Below, in pieces: positions 12,886-26,846 of a stretch of 64,000 bases of DNA. Below the pieces are notes generated by a model. That model had not been told where the DNA came from. It was given only the letters and a program-made list of their open reading frames with translations, and ran no database searches. Source of the stretch: Lytechinus pictus (taxonomy: Eukaryota); the NCBI RefSeq assembly GCF_037042905.1, contig NC_087249.1, forward strand, positions 1,302,001 through 1,366,000, given 5' to 3'. Numbering within the stretch: position 1 is the stretch's first letter; the number at the start of each line of letters is the position of its first letter. The position numbers were made by a program, and so were the translations under genes.

Positions 12886-13264
12886 AGTGATTGGTTAACA
12901 TTGGTTTGACTTTTAAAAAATCTGAGCTAGACGGTTACACTTGTCACCTGTGTCTGTGATATGTTACAAACATGAAGCCCTGAAAAAATTGCGTTCGAAA
13001 ATAATTATTTAGTGCTTTCAAAAATTGAAATATAAAGTGACCGAAAACACCATCTTAATTTCATCCCATACACTTATGTGTACTATTTAGGCGTCTATAA
13101 GACACCTATTTACAAAATCGGGGTTAGCCTTGTAGTTTTAGCTTTTCATTCTCAATAATGGTTGTTTTCAGGGTTTATTAGTTCTAATACATGCACTTGT
13201 ACACATGTTTAATCTTGGTTTGATAATTTTTTTAATCGGCTGCTCACAAAGTTAAACAATACCT
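12886..13264. mobile_element. Kolobok-like MITE, family B
   Basis: TTAA|AGTGATTGGTTAAC...GTTAAACAATACCT|TTAA (TTAA at 12882-12885 and 13265-13268). Confidence 0.7.
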
Positions 13265-13970
13265 TTAATGCGTCCCTGTTGCAATTGAAAATGAATGTAA
13301 AGGTCTATTAAACTAATATCAACTTCCCAATGAGGTGCCAAAATGTATCATGATAGTTAGCAATATAATTAAAAGTGGCTGTAGATCCAATACTAAATGT
13401 GATATTTAACCAAATTAAAAACATTTACAGTAGAACGATCGTTTATTGACCAAATGTTGATCCATATTAGATATGTAATTGATATGTTCAGTATATACGA
13501 CAGTGCCAACTCTCGTCAGGATATCAAAGGGACTGGACATGAAGCTTCATACATGCAGGTTCCTGCCTCCAAAATTAGACCTTGTGTAATCTTGTGTATA
13601 TTACAATTTACAAATTTACATTCATTTTTATACGTTCAAGTAGCTTATTACGTAATTATGTTCAATCATGAAAACAAGAAACCAATTTTATCACTTGAAC
13701 CCTACTGAGAAACCTCTCAAAAATATCCCACAAACAGCAGGGCCCTTGGAACGATTTTTAACTGGGGCTGCTGAAGTAGATATGGCAAGCCCAAAAAAAT
13801 AGTTTTCACTACAAAATATAGCAAAGAGAGCTTATTTCTGTATAAATCTGACAAGCAAATGAAAAAAAGGTTTTCGCAACAAAAAATATAAGCCATTTTG
13901 CTTACATTTCTCAATTTTTTAACACCTACCAAATTCATGAGGGCACTGCTTATGGCAAATAATATACCCA

Positions 13971-14175
13971 CAGTGGCGTAGACAGGTTCGTACACCTGGG
14001 GGGGATGACTGGGCTGCCAACGCTAGTGAGGGCGCGAAGCGCCCTAGCGAGGGAGCGAAGCGACCGAGCGGGGGGAGGGTGTGGGAGGGGGGTGTCCCCC
14101 CTCCCACGGTAGGGAGCTTTTGCAATTTTGAACTTGAAATCGTGCAATCTGATGCATACTTAATGAGGTAAAATA
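13971..14175. mobile_element. Truncated left end of a CAGTGGCGTA-type (hAT-like) non-autonomous element
   Basis: Starts CAGTGGCGTA, then a G-run and GC-rich GCGCGAAGCGC/GAGCGAAGCGACCGAGC motifs. No right end was found. Confidence 0.55.
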
Positions 14176-14792
14176 ACACACACAAGCGCGCACGCACACA
14201 CACACATACTCACCCCCCCCCCACACACACACAGTGCGCACACTACACACATACTACGCCTTGAATGGACAGACATACATCGACAAGATCTACACACCGT
14301 GGCAGCGCGTACGAATACAGAATGGACTGACACATAGTATTGCATATTGAACCACACTACGTATTTATTTATCTCTGTGAATTTTGCTGTTACACCTCTT
14401 CAGAAAAAAAAACCAATGTCAACTGTGTACACGCAGGTATAGTCTTTGTTGTCTTGATATGGGTATGTGGTTATGAATGAAAACAGCCTCTGTGGCCATT
14501 TGTGAATAGAACACATAAACAACAAACAAATAACAATATGTCTGTTCATTATAAAGCATAATGAATACGTACATACTATGCTTTTTTTTACCTCAAAGAA
14601 ACAGGCATAGTATCCATAGATGGATATTGGCTGGCGGCTCATTAACATACAGATACAAAAAACATAAACAGTATCACTATGATCCATGGAGTAACAATAC
14701 TGCTCTGTAAGTTTGTGAAGAAATCGGAACCATAACGGCATTGCATCGTTTCAAATTAGGGCATTATTTACTTCTATTTGATCTCAGTCTTA

Positions 14793-14794
14793 TA

Positions 14795-14852
<58 letters not shown>

Positions 14853-14950
14853 AAATAAAAAATAATACTAATACAAATAATAATGCTAATACTAATAGGT
14901 TCCTTTTATCTCGCATTTCAAGACAGGGTAAATTCACACTGCGCTTTACA
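14793..14950 (-). mobile_element. L2-type retroposon 3' tail with (TTA)n microsatellite
   Basis: The minus strand reads TGTAAAGCGC...GCGAGATAAAAGGAACCTATTA followed by long (TTA)n. Confidence 0.5.
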
Positions 14951-16149
14951 TGAAACAAACTTCTTTAAACATTTCAAACTTATGTCTTCATGCATCAATC
15001 AACATACTTTAAATGAATACAAAACAAAGTGCATCTTAAATTAAACAAAAATAAATAAATAGTTAACAATACAGAAAAGATGTAGCTGCTGCAAGCTTAA
15101 CAACAAACTAATGTATACCAGTCAGTCCTGATATCAGTATTAGTGTAACAATAGTCATATAGTGGGAGCATGAAGTTGAACAATTCATGATTATACATAA
15201 TTATATATGTTTGTTTGAATAATACTTGTTATAAAGATAGTAGTATGGTACTCTCTGTCACGAATTATTATGTATACTGTTGTATCACATTCATTTTCTA
15301 TTCTGTTTTAGATTGCGCTGATGCATTTTGCACACAATGTATAATGCCTATAACACGAGTGGGCCAGACCACACATGTATTTCAATAAAAACCGACTTGA
15401 GAAAATAACGTGTATATAAATATATAAATAAATAAATAAATAAATGCATATAATGTATATATATATGTATAAATATCATATACCTGTAATATAATCTGAT
15501 ATAAACTAATAAATAAATAAATAAATATAATACATATCATATATGAGAAGGTATTGCTAGTACTCGGTTCGTGCCTGAAAAGTAGTCTCGATGAAAAGAA
15601 AAAAGTTGTTGCTTCATTCCCATACCAAAAACAGCTTGATTAACAGTTGCTAATCAGATAATAGAGACATGCGGTAAGTTGGTAAACTTACTTAAGGAGC
15701 ATTCATGGCTCAACAAACAAACATATCGGTCTCTTAGTCAGTTTTACTTTTGTATAGTCTTGCAAATTTGTGTCTTAGAAACCAAATATCTTGCGCCTCT
15801 TTTCGTTCCTGCCCAGTAAATACTTGTAAGACTTTCTTTTTTTTACCGTCTGAATTGGCTTTCACCGTATGAATGCGGCTAATAACAATAAACACAATTA
15901 CAATAATGATGAGGATTATTATTATCATCATCATAATTATTATTATTATTAATATTATAATTGTTATCATTATTATTATTACTATTATTATCATCATTAT
16001 GACTTATTAAGTAACCAAATATCATTCCCCAAAACCTGGGGGGGATGATTGTACATGCCATCCCCCCCACCTTGTGAGGTGGGGGGGATGCAGGTGTCAT
16101 GACCATAAGGTCTTTGGTCATGACAAACAGTAGAAAAATAACCCCATCT

Positions 16150-16154
16150 ATCTT

Positions 16155-16206
<52 letters not shown>
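16150..16206. repeat. (CT)n microsatellite
   Basis: Directly visible; source of the RERERE and SLSLSL pseudo-ORFs. Confidence 0.95.
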
Positions 16207-16208
<2 letters not shown>

Positions 16209-16396
16209 ATACACGCGCATACACCACACCAACACGCGCAATCACACTCTCGCTTACTCGCATTTCCTTTGTTGTTCCTTGTTTCTTCTTTTTGGCCGAG
16301 GGATCGATCTACTTGATCTGTGTGATATAATCCATCGTTGATTGGTGTGTGATTCAACATGCCTATGTCATATTGGTCAGATACGTTTTCATTATA

Positions 16397-16914
16397 CAGT
16401 GCGTCCCACACAAAAAGAAACCCATTTTCAGAGATAAATTTCACAACGTTTTTACTATGAAATTGATACTCATGTTAAGAGTGGAATCTCATCTTTAATT
16501 TGAGACCAACAGCTTAGCAAATCATTCCTGCATGTCAGGTTACAAACAATAAATATTGAAGCATATTAAAAACGATTTGCGCAGAAACTCACGTAAGAAT
16601 CTGAATCGACACTCATTTCAGGGATCATCGAGAGAAACTTAACAGAGAATACAAAAGAAATGCTAATGACTCAATCGTAGAATAAAAACGGTTGTCGTAT
16701 TACGAACCAATCTTGTCTGCGCAACCTGATTTTTACATGAAAATTTCAAACTTGTCTTGCTCGAGAATGCGTGAAGTGTTCGTGACATATAAGGTATCAA
16801 AATGTAGAAGAATAATGGAACTGTACGATGATATAAATGAAATGTTATAATTAATTTACCTTTAAAGAATTAAAGGTGTGAGAATCCCGGTTTCCTTTTT
16901 TCTTGGCCGCACTT
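16397..16914. mobile_element. Degenerate Tc1/mariner-type MITE
   Basis: TA|CAGTGCGTCCCACACAAAAAGAAACCC...GGTTTCCTTTTTTCTTGGCCGCACTT|TA, with imperfect TIRs. Confidence 0.6.
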
Positions 16915-18126
16915 TATAATCAAGGATAATGTATATTTATGATGGGATAGCAACAAATGCATGAACGTATCATATATTTTGTTTTTCACTTTCATCAGAA
17001 TTCAGCCCTTCGATTTATGCTCGCAGCTTACATGACAAATCGAAATGAATTGCATTTCATTTTGAGGTATGAATTTACATTTGATATCATCATGCTTGTC
17101 TGGCGATGCAGGCTGATGACATGTCAAGGCGGGGGAGGTATAAAATGGCCACTCATAATGGTTTCTTTATTTCTATCTTGTTACCCACGTGTTCGATCTA
17201 ATTTCTGAAGGGACTTTTTAGCTAAAAGGTGAAAAAAGACAAACCTAGGTTCTTACCTGCTGCTCCAAGATCGCTAGAGTTACATTCTATAGAGAGCGAT
17301 GGTACCCCAAAGGAAGCCTTGCCCTTTTCTTACCCAGTTGTTCTGCGTCAATCAGAATCTCGGGGACTAGTTGGGATAGTGGCAGTTGATTTCCCTGTTG
17401 CCCACAGTTATGTTTTCGACCCTGTTGCATGCTTCGTTCAACCTACTTATCTGTTGCATTTCATATATTTTGCCGTGATATGCTCATAGTCAAAATTAAC
17501 CTTTCGTGTGTAAGTGTCATTTAAATCCTCTTAAAATATGAAAGTGCAATCACTCGTGAATCCGTCGGATCACAGCAGACACAATAGTTGGTATCTTTTG
17601 GTATCATATTCACATAAAACGCAAATCATATTGAATGATTCAATTTAAATTCGTAGAAAATTATGATAGTAGCCAGATAATTAGAGCCTGTCTAAAATTT
17701 GGTATAAGATCAATAGCTCGAAGTTTTCATATACATATTATCATCTATCATTGCAATCTTGCAAAAAATATAAACATGTGCGTGTATCTATTGATTATTT
17801 GTGAATATATTGATTCTTTGTGAAAAATGAATGATACCTTTGAAGATTTTTAACATCTTCTTTCGGTATCATTTTCTTATTTGTCTTAACAGAACCCATT
17901 TGATCGTATATTCTTTTAAAAAATGTAGTCATTATATACTACTTTCAGTTAACATATCAATATTTTTACAGCCCATTTTATGTTTGAATGAAAGTTTTAC
18001 ATTAAAAAACCCCCGTATATTCCAATATTTAGGTGATTGTTCCTAAAAAAAATGTTCATACTAAATCGCACACATATTTCTGCTTCCTATCTTCACTTCA
18101 ATGGCGAGTTTTTGCAAGCACAACGC

Positions 18127-18306
18127 CAGGGGCGGCGGAATGAATTTTATGAAGTTCAGGTGGGCACAGACCCAAAAGGACACTTCGAAAAAGTCGCTTG
18201 TTCTTAGAAAGGGCACTTTCTGCTTAGAAAATGGGAATTTTGTGCGAGTTTTGGAGGAAAAAATTGGGCCTTTCGCCCTGAACCCTTCCCGATTCCGCCG
18301 CCTCTT
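18127..18306. mobile_element. Short MITE with CAGGGGCGGCGGAA termini (hAT-like)
   Basis: CAGGGGCGGCGGAAT...ATTCCGCCGCCTCTT inverted ends. Confidence 0.6.
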
Positions 18307-18308
18307 TA

Positions 18309-18435
18309 CTATGCAGACGTTTTCTGGAACGTTGAAAATCTATTGAAAATACTCGTCATTGTCGAAAATTAATGAACCGGGACAACAGATCGTCCTAATA
18401 ATAGATTTTCAATGTTCCAGAAAATGTCTACGTAG
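18309..18435. repeat. Small fold-back with ~36-bp imperfect inverted arms
   Basis: CTATGCAGACGTTTTCTGGAACGTTGAAAATCTATT (18309-18344) matches the reverse complement of AATAGATTTTCAATGTTCCAGAAAATGTCTACGTAG (18400-18435). Confidence 0.8.
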
Positions 18436-20114
18436 GCCTAGTAATTGAGATAAGTCCCTATTAAAGGGTTATTGAAATCTATTTTACTAATCGTGCGAAT
18501 GTGAAGAGGTGAAAATCCTTTTTCAAGTGGAGATTGTTGGGGCTTCAAATTTCAATGCTGAATTTGTTTAATTTGTTATTCAAAAAACAAATTCATTCAC
18601 ATGAATGGATACATTGGATTCTAACTACACGTATCATCACACCATGTACGATTCATATAATATTTGTTGAAATACTGCATTGAGTATTGGTGAACTGCAT
18701 TCTTAGGAAGGCACAAAATAATTGATACTTCCTTCTGGTAGACACGGAGCGGTTTAAAAAGGTAATTGAGTTATCTTTGAAATTTGATTATTTTTACATG
18801 CCAAAGCAATCAATTGGCACTTTATTATAATTATTTTTGTTAAGAACACTTCCGTGCTAAGATTTAGAAGAATAGCATCTCCTATCTAATGATAAGATTC
18901 TCTTTACAAATAATTACAACGAACTGCATCACAGCGAACGCATGATGGTTCAATATTATTCATGCTGAAAGTCATGGCAAGTGAGGGGGCTGTAACAGTT
19001 CAAGTTATCAACTATGGACGTCTAACTTACTATAACCTGCTTCAACTAACAAAGATTCTTCGCAGCTGAATCATGTATTCATCTCATTATTCAGATATCA
19101 GTCGGATAAACAGAAATATGGCCCAGCCTTAATGACACCCCTCTGCTCTGGTATTTCTGCATGCTGAGTACTATGTTGATAAATCTCCTCGGTCACATTT
19201 TCAGAATATATCAAACTGTGTTTGCGTAGCCTGAACGACGAACTCAGTCGTAATTTATCGCTGATTGTGAAAGACACGTCCAATTAAACTGGCAACCAAT
19301 TGCAATCAAAACCATTGAAGAGCAAACTTCTGACATTAGCCCTTCCATCTGTCAACAGTTACTTATTTGTATTTCTTTAGAACGTTCACACAATTTGCAT
19401 TATCGGTGCCAAGGCATCCGCCCATCCTTTTTTTCTATATTATTGACCAGTATTCGAACAGAATACATATAATAGCGTCATTTATAATTTTAAGAACCAC
19501 AGTGCAACGAACACGTATACATTTATAAAGTAAAATCTAAGTGGCTTAATAGTACTGTAATGTTAAGCATATATATGCAATATAGATGAATGTCGGGCCA
19601 ATGCATCTTTAATTCGTACTGATTTCATTTATGTGATATTGATTTAATATCCTATGAGTAGACTTTAAAGACTTCATCTAATTCTGTGCTCATGAATATA
19701 TAGCAAATACATTTATAAATCATCAAAATAACAAATCAATCGTGACGTAAATCACCACAAAATTAAATCAACATACTTTGGATTAAAATGAGACTGAGGC
19801 CAGCAACAATCGGGAAAGTTATGAAAGCTACTAAAAAAACCGACTACTAACTTATACCGATGACATGCCATTCAAACAAAAATGTAATGGATTTGACAGT
19901 AATTAGTTTCGTTCCTTTGACTGTATCACGACTTGTATTTTACAAAAAGGGGAATATTGTGATTAAATTCGATTACTTTTAATCGCTGCCAGGGGAAAAG
20001 CTCAGCATCTTTTCATAAGGAAAAATAATCTTTGCTACCGAATTACTAAACAATTATAACAACTTAGAATAAGCAGAAACAGTAAACGGTTCATATAAGT
20101 AACCTATACATTAA

Positions 20115-20911
20115 GAGTTTTGTTCCAAAGGAGCTAAATTCACTTTCGGTATTATTTTTTATCAAGGTTTTTTTAATTCACCAATTTCCCTTAGCCACTG
20201 TTGTTGCATTTTGATATATATATATTAGTACTATCATCTTAGATTAATTAAATTATGATTCAAAAAAATCTAGCATTCATTATCAATTTTTAACGGATTT
20301 TTGAAAAGTAATTTTAAATGTATTTAGCTCCTTTTGGAACAAAACCTTAGTAAAATTTCAATTTTTGACAATTTAAACATGTTTGATACTGGAAACTAAA
20401 CACGAAACATGTAAATATGGCTAGCAGAGTACAGTTCACATCTTTTTTAGTTTATCCATTGAAAATTACAAAAAGATAAAAAAGAACATATTTTTCAACT
20501 TTTCTAAAGACGGTGACTTTTCCGATATCTAATTTCAAAAGGAGCTTAATCCAAAATATTCATAAATAAGGTAAGATTCGGTTATTTTCATCAAAATTTG
20601 CACTGATGTTGTGAATTTGTATCCACAACATGTACCTAAAAAATTGAATGTACAACTTAATGTAAAATAGGGAAAATAACAAATTTTAGATAACTGCATA
20701 GTGGACTTAGCTCCTTTTGGAACAAAACTGTTTTGGATTTCGCTCCTTTTTCAACAAAACTCAAATTTGAAATCAATTTTTACCAACCTTTCAAAAAAAA
20801 ATTCAAATGCCTTATGTTTCATTTGATTCCCACATTTAAGATACATATGTTTTAATTAAAAAAAATCAATTTTGGTCAAGAGTGGATTTAGCTCCTTTTG
20901 GAATCAAGCTC
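20115..20911. mobile_element. Sola3-like non-autonomous DNA transposon
   Basis: TTAA|GAGTTTTGTTCCAAAGGAGCTAAATTCACT...AGTGGATTTAGCTCCTTTTGGAATCAAGCTC|TTCA. GAG...CTC ends with a TTAA target match Sola3. The terminal motif is repeated internally. Confidence 0.6.
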
Positions 20912-22139
20912 TTCACATGTGCATGCGCATTTCCAAAAAAGCAAAATCTTTCTTCAAACCGTTTTTTTGCAATGATATTTTTTTAATGGCATAGGACAGG
21001 TGATGGCTAAAAATACAAGATACGAAATCCTGTCAACTAAAGAATCCCCCCCCCCCGCCGCATCCGGTGTCTTAAGAAAGCTCATCTATCAATAGGAGAA
21101 TAAAAAGAAGAAATTCTAGCTCCCATCTTTATAAATTACATCATAAATTCTGATATCTCAGAAATTGCCTATTTTTTTCTTTTATTTCACCGCCTATGAA
21201 ACAAGAGTAACGTAATTAATTCACCCACGTTAGATCGGGTAATTAAGAAAATTGCTTTAGCCCCCATAGACAGCAAGTATTGGCATTTCCCACGATAGTA
21301 CGATGTGAAAAAACGGAAAAACAAGATCTCGCTTTCAAAGGATTTATTCTCGTATTCAACGCCTGGATCAATTCATTATGTAAATGTATTGCAACTCAAA
21401 TCATTTGTTAGAGTTTTTCTAAGAAACATGATGTCTATTTCAAAATAAAAATTCGGATTAGATTAACTTCCTCCCCCCCCCCCCCTCCCGCAAGCTTTAT
21501 GTTCGTTAATGTTTTTCTTAGGTTTAAGTAACCTGTATCAAATCGACGAATTCTACCCAGAAAAAAAAACGGCTGTAACGTTAATTTCATTGTCACTCGC
21601 CACATGGTTTGGATTTTTTAAAGCAACTTCGAGTAAGCTTGGTTGTTTTAAAAGCAACACAATTATGTATATTTCCCTTACTTGATTTTATAAACAGAGA
21701 CGTGATTTTATTCAGTTATATAAATTCAGATCCTTATTATCAGGAAACATACAAAATTCAAGAATCTTGTATTTGTGGGGGGTTTCAAATTCAGGATTAA
21801 ATAAGCTTTTATTTAAATCTAATTATTGGTCAAATATTGGTTATATCCCAAAGAAACAAAGTGTTTGTACATTCAACATTTATTGTCTTAAAATGAATAT
21901 TGAGCATTTCGTCTTATTTATTGGCTATAGCAATCATCATGACATTTTTGAAGGGCAAGTCCGCTACAAAAGGAAAGTTGATATGAATGAATACAGAAGG
22001 TTATAACAATGAAATTCCATCAAATCGGATGTAAAAAAAATATTCTAGGCCAAGGCATTTATTCATTGCCATTTTCCCAAAATATATCAGACAATTTTAA
22101 AGCTGTTATAACGTAGTCGCTATATACGACTGCCACGGG

Positions 22140-22290
22140 AGAAGAAGAAGAAGAAGAAGAGGAAGAAGAAGAACAAGAAAAACGAGAACATTACGAACAA
22201 CAAGAACAACAAGAGAAAGAAGAAAACGAAGAAGAACAAGAACAAGAAGAAGAAAAAAAATAAGAAGAAGAAAAGAAAGGAAGGAATATA
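22140..22290. repeat. Degenerate (GAA/CAA)n purine-rich tract
   Basis: Directly visible. Confidence 0.9.
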
Positions 22291-25200
22291 ATGAAATAGA
22301 AAAGGACACCTGGAAGGAAAAGTGGAAGACTAGAATTTTAAATCGCCAATATTACAGTTAAAGTTTCAAACAACTAAGAAGACTTCATGCATAAATTTCT
22401 TTGTCGGTCTGAAGTTCGCCATTGCAAATATGACGGGAGTCTTCTTGGTATAGTTCAAGTACCTCTCTCTATATCTCACTCTCTCTCTCTCTCTGAGTCA
22501 GCTACGTCATCCAAAGGCCTTAACATTGTCAACGTAGTAGTAAGAAGTAGCTTGGATTGAGATGAGAGGTCTGTGCTAGAGTGATATGGAAACATGTCTC
22601 AACAGATCAATGTTCAGACTTGGCAAATGTCACCCTTGTCTTTATACTTTGGTTGTATTTGCGCCAATGAATGGAATACATAGGCGCATTCTTAATGAGT
22701 AATGTCTAACTTTTTTCAAATTGTCCCACCTCTTCTTCAGTTTTCTTGGTACTACATGTTAGCATGTCATATTAGATTTGTTCGTAAAAGTTTATCGGGT
22801 AAATACATGTGACAATGATTCGCCTTTTTTGCTTTCTTTTTAAGATTCTTTAAGATTATTGGTTCATTCTTCTATTTATAAAAGGAATTCTTACATTGGA
22901 ACCATAACATGCATGGGCGTAATACTGAGAGAGATTGATTCTCCTGTGTTGACAACATTTTACATCCTGCCTGTTGGGTATAGAATTATGCTATTGTATA
23001 CTAACGACGAGTGCTGGACGGATACGTTTTCTCGTATGTTAGCCGAAGACATATCATCCAAAATCGATATATTCCATATTCAATACATCATCAAGGAACG
23101 TTGCTTGTTAACTTCGAAACCTCGAAGCACTAACACAAGACTGTCTATGGTATGATACCCCGAAAAAATAGGAGGGGGAGGGTAATGCTTCCATACTATT
23201 TTCTAATGCTGTTTTATACAGCCAGGGCCGGAGTATGAGTTTGGAGAGGAAATAATGCCAAAAAGGTAATGTCATAAAGAAGGGTGCGGACTCAAAACAC
23301 TGGTGAACGTGGATTAAAGAAGGCTAAGGTAAAAAAAAAAACATAAATTGACGGGAAAAAAATTCAGTAACGGAAAAGGGAAAGACGCGAAAACACGCCT
23401 GCTCTGACGGGTCTAAAATGGCACTTCATGCAACTTAGTGAAATAAAATATGGGAACTTTCTTAGCCGACATGGTCAAATGATTCCCATAGTCCTTGTAA
23501 CGGTAGATGGGTGAAATTGGCCTACCAGCCGCCCCTTAGATCCTTTTTGCATGCCCATTCCCCACGAAGGGCGGTTATGAACCCATTTATGTCGATGACG
23601 ATGCAGGAGAGATCCCCCAGAACATGGAACCCCCGACAGCGGCGCCTTCCTCTCTCAGATCACGTAGGCTCCGACACTCTACTGCAGGTGATAAGTGGCA
23701 CTACTGAAAGAAACATTCTCTGGCTCAACCCATTCATGAAAAGGGAGTACATGGCTTGCCTAATTTGAGAATACGATCCGAATTATTGATCCGATGTAGA
23801 TACCACATGTCGTATTATTGTGGGTTTAATAAGACTATCCCAGCTGAAGCAGATGCCGTTGAGTATGAACGTTGATTATGTACGTAAGGTTTTGTAAGAA
23901 TTGGATCTTAGGAATTATAATAATGGACATGGATCTGATGATTTAGCACGAAATTAATAAGGCCTTGCTCAAAGCATCCTCAAGGCATGCTCAAGCAATG
24001 GATATAATCTAAGTTATGTCACGAACAAGAATATTTCATCAGTTTTGGGGTATCATGGTTGATGAAATTAGCAAATCAACATTGATCATGTTGGGAGTTT
24101 TTAAACTTTTATAGGGGTATATACTCATAAAATCAACATTGTAATGTGCCTACACAATTTACAGCATTTGTAATTCTGGTATACCCATTCCTGTGGTAAG
24201 AACGATTTTTACTAGACACATGGTCGTATACAAAGGGCAAAGGGGTTTAACACCCAGCTATTCACGAGACTATACTTTTCTATTCATAATTTCCCTAAAT
24301 ACCTACCCCCCCCCCCCCCCCCGAGGTCAGAAACCAGAAACTAATTCAAATATATTATGAATTACAAATATATATTTTGAAACGGATTGGCTACATCGCT
24401 CACAATAACTCTTTCTTAACATCACTGCCATGAATAGATGGAAAGGTCTTATCAATAAGTTTATGGAACAATTCAAGCTGGCCTGGAGAATCATTTTGCA
24501 TTCTTTTCTATTCATTGTCAGGAGATTGAAATTAATCTTCAAAATCAAGAAACCCTTAAGGGTATTCCCAGCAGGTAATATCAAGTAGGTAATATGATAT
24601 TCATAGATTCCCAAGTATTGATTTAATCTGTCGGTAAAGAATACAATGCAACAACAAAAAACAGAAAAACAGAAATGTGGATGCATGTTATATCAGAATT
24701 TCCCATTCCAGTTTATATAAACAGATATTGATTTACCGTGATGTATTGGACAATACTCTGCACCATTTTTTTAGCTTGACCAGTTAATGTCATCACCATG
24801 GATCAGTGTCACTGTTCTTGCGTTATACATGCGTCTCCATCTTTTTTTATATTTCTATTCTGATAATAAAAGCGCTAACAGCACTAATTGATTGTTAACA
24901 TTATACTTTTTTGTATACTTTTTGGAAAAAACAAAGTCACTAAAAGTCTGCGGATTTATACATTTAATACATAGGAAGAATGTGACGTTGATGTTATGCA
25001 TTTAGAATATTTTTTTTAGTTGTATGGCTTTTTTTATTTGACCAAGAGTCATGAGAATGTGATAAATGTATTAAAGTTTCTTAATTTCAAACATTGCAAA
25101 GTATGTGTGTCTATGAAAAGATAAAACTAACAAGGTATTGACTGACAATATAAATGCACCTTTTTCAACCAATTTATTATTGTTTTGTCTGTGCTTATAT

Positions 25201-26775
25201 GTGTGCGGGTGCGAGTGAGAGTGGGGTATGTTCATTAAAAAAGCTAACATGATTGTTCAGAATGGACTGATCTTAAAAAAAGTTGTCCTTAACTCCTAAC
25301 TGCCTAACATCTAATCGCTCATTTAAAGAAGAAAGACTACCGCTTTTACCTGCCATGCCTGCATCGTGTCGGCAACTGAAGTTAAGGGGTCAAGGTCTTC
25401 TAGTTATAATAATGGAGAAAGATGGTCTTGTTAAAAACTGGAAGCTGTACGGTGAGTAGGGTAGTTGTTGAAACCGGCCACATGTCCTTTGTCGCTTATA
25501 AATTATGTATTATCATTTGTTGAATTCATAGGAATGTATCTATAACAGGCGAGGGAGTGTATGCACTCATATCGCTTACATGCGAGGGGATGGTAAATAA
25601 TGTCATCAACTTAAACATGTTAAATACAAGGGCGATTACTAGCTTTATAGTCCGTTTCAGAAACAACTCGATTATGGGAAAACGATGGGGATCTATTTTG
25701 TCTAAAGTTATAAATGGTAAATTAATTGAGACAAAGTCAGGAGTTCAAAGGGATGCGCAACTCTGTTGCTACTATCAGGAGCAATTATAATGTTGATGTA
25801 TGTTTATTTAAGTGTCTTTACTGCTACAGTCATACTTGAGTAACCGTCTCGCGACCGATCAAAGCTATAACGTGATTCCCAATGACATACCATCGGTCGG
25901 TTTGGGGTAAGTGTGACTGTAGCGAAAGGCTCTAACGAACGTTGCAAACTTTGCTTTTTTAATGTCCATAAATTAATGGTAATAACGCTATTAACGACTT
26001 GGAATCAGCGATTAGCACAACAGAACATTGTGATAAATGTGTAAATCTAAAATCAAAAGAATACAAAGTCATGTCTGAGCTAATGGAAGTATACTAGTAG
26101 CCTATAATTATCCTTTTCCCCGGAATGATCTTACATGTACATGCATGTTTAATAGTTCAAGGTGTAATTATTAAAGGAATCTGCGCATTTAAAGCTTTCT
26201 CCTTCAAAAAAAATCCCTCCTAATGATTAAAATTCCCAATGTGCTGTATATGGTGTAATCCCGACGTTGGATGTACTGTACAACATGGAAAACACACAAC
26301 ACCCATGCCTGATCAATGGTCCAATTTGCTGCCGTGTTGACTTTCGTCAAAGCTACATCTCCCACTAATGCTTCGTTGATGATAGATGCCACTATCTTCA
26401 AGTTCAAATCGGCGAAGACCTAGCTGGAATTCAAACCATACGTATTATTGGTTTTCAAAATCTTTTTTAATTAAAAGATCAAATGGAAAATTAAAACAAA
26501 ATCTCTAAGCTTTGAAATAGCAGGGAACTAGGATATTTCTCAGATTCAGTACAATTTAGAATGGTATTGACGTAATAACCGTTTTTCATTTTATCTGCAT
26601 AATACAAAAACACAACATGTACACCATGTACACAAAGATCTATAGAGGTAAACGGGTTAGAGTTGTGGTTCAAAATACCAGGAGTAATATTGGTGACATA
26701 CATTTCCTTTATAGCGGATATGACATTGTGATGTAACGTCTAAAATATTATGGTTGGGTTGATGAAAGAAATTGA

Positions 26776-26846
26776 CGCCATGGAAGGGATTTGAACCCAA
26801 GACGCTGTTATTGAAAAGCGGAAGCCCGAGGAACTAAGACCACAAG
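26776..26846 (-). mobile_element. Decayed tRNA-derived SINE head
   Basis: The minus strand has GTGGTCTTAGTT (A-box-like) and GGGTTCAAATCCC (B-box), resembling the head of the SINE at 58963-59252. Confidence 0.5.

Noticed and set aside
11415-16444. Low-complexity ORFs (poly-I, poly-T/N, RE or SL repeats); similar ones at 22106, 31969, 36000 and 49131
   Set aside because: Translations of microsatellites and purine tracts.
25412-25457. ATG...G|GTGAGT mini first-exon candidate (MEKDGLVKNWKLY)
   Set aside because: No downstream partner exon or homology; expected by chance.
26204-26420. Minus-strand ORF containing WVLCVFHVVQYIQ, superficially like KISS1R ECL1-TM3
   Set aside because: It lacks the conserved TM3 Cys spacing and any TM2 motif, has no donor site, and is on the wrong strand and side of the gene. 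Likely coincidence.
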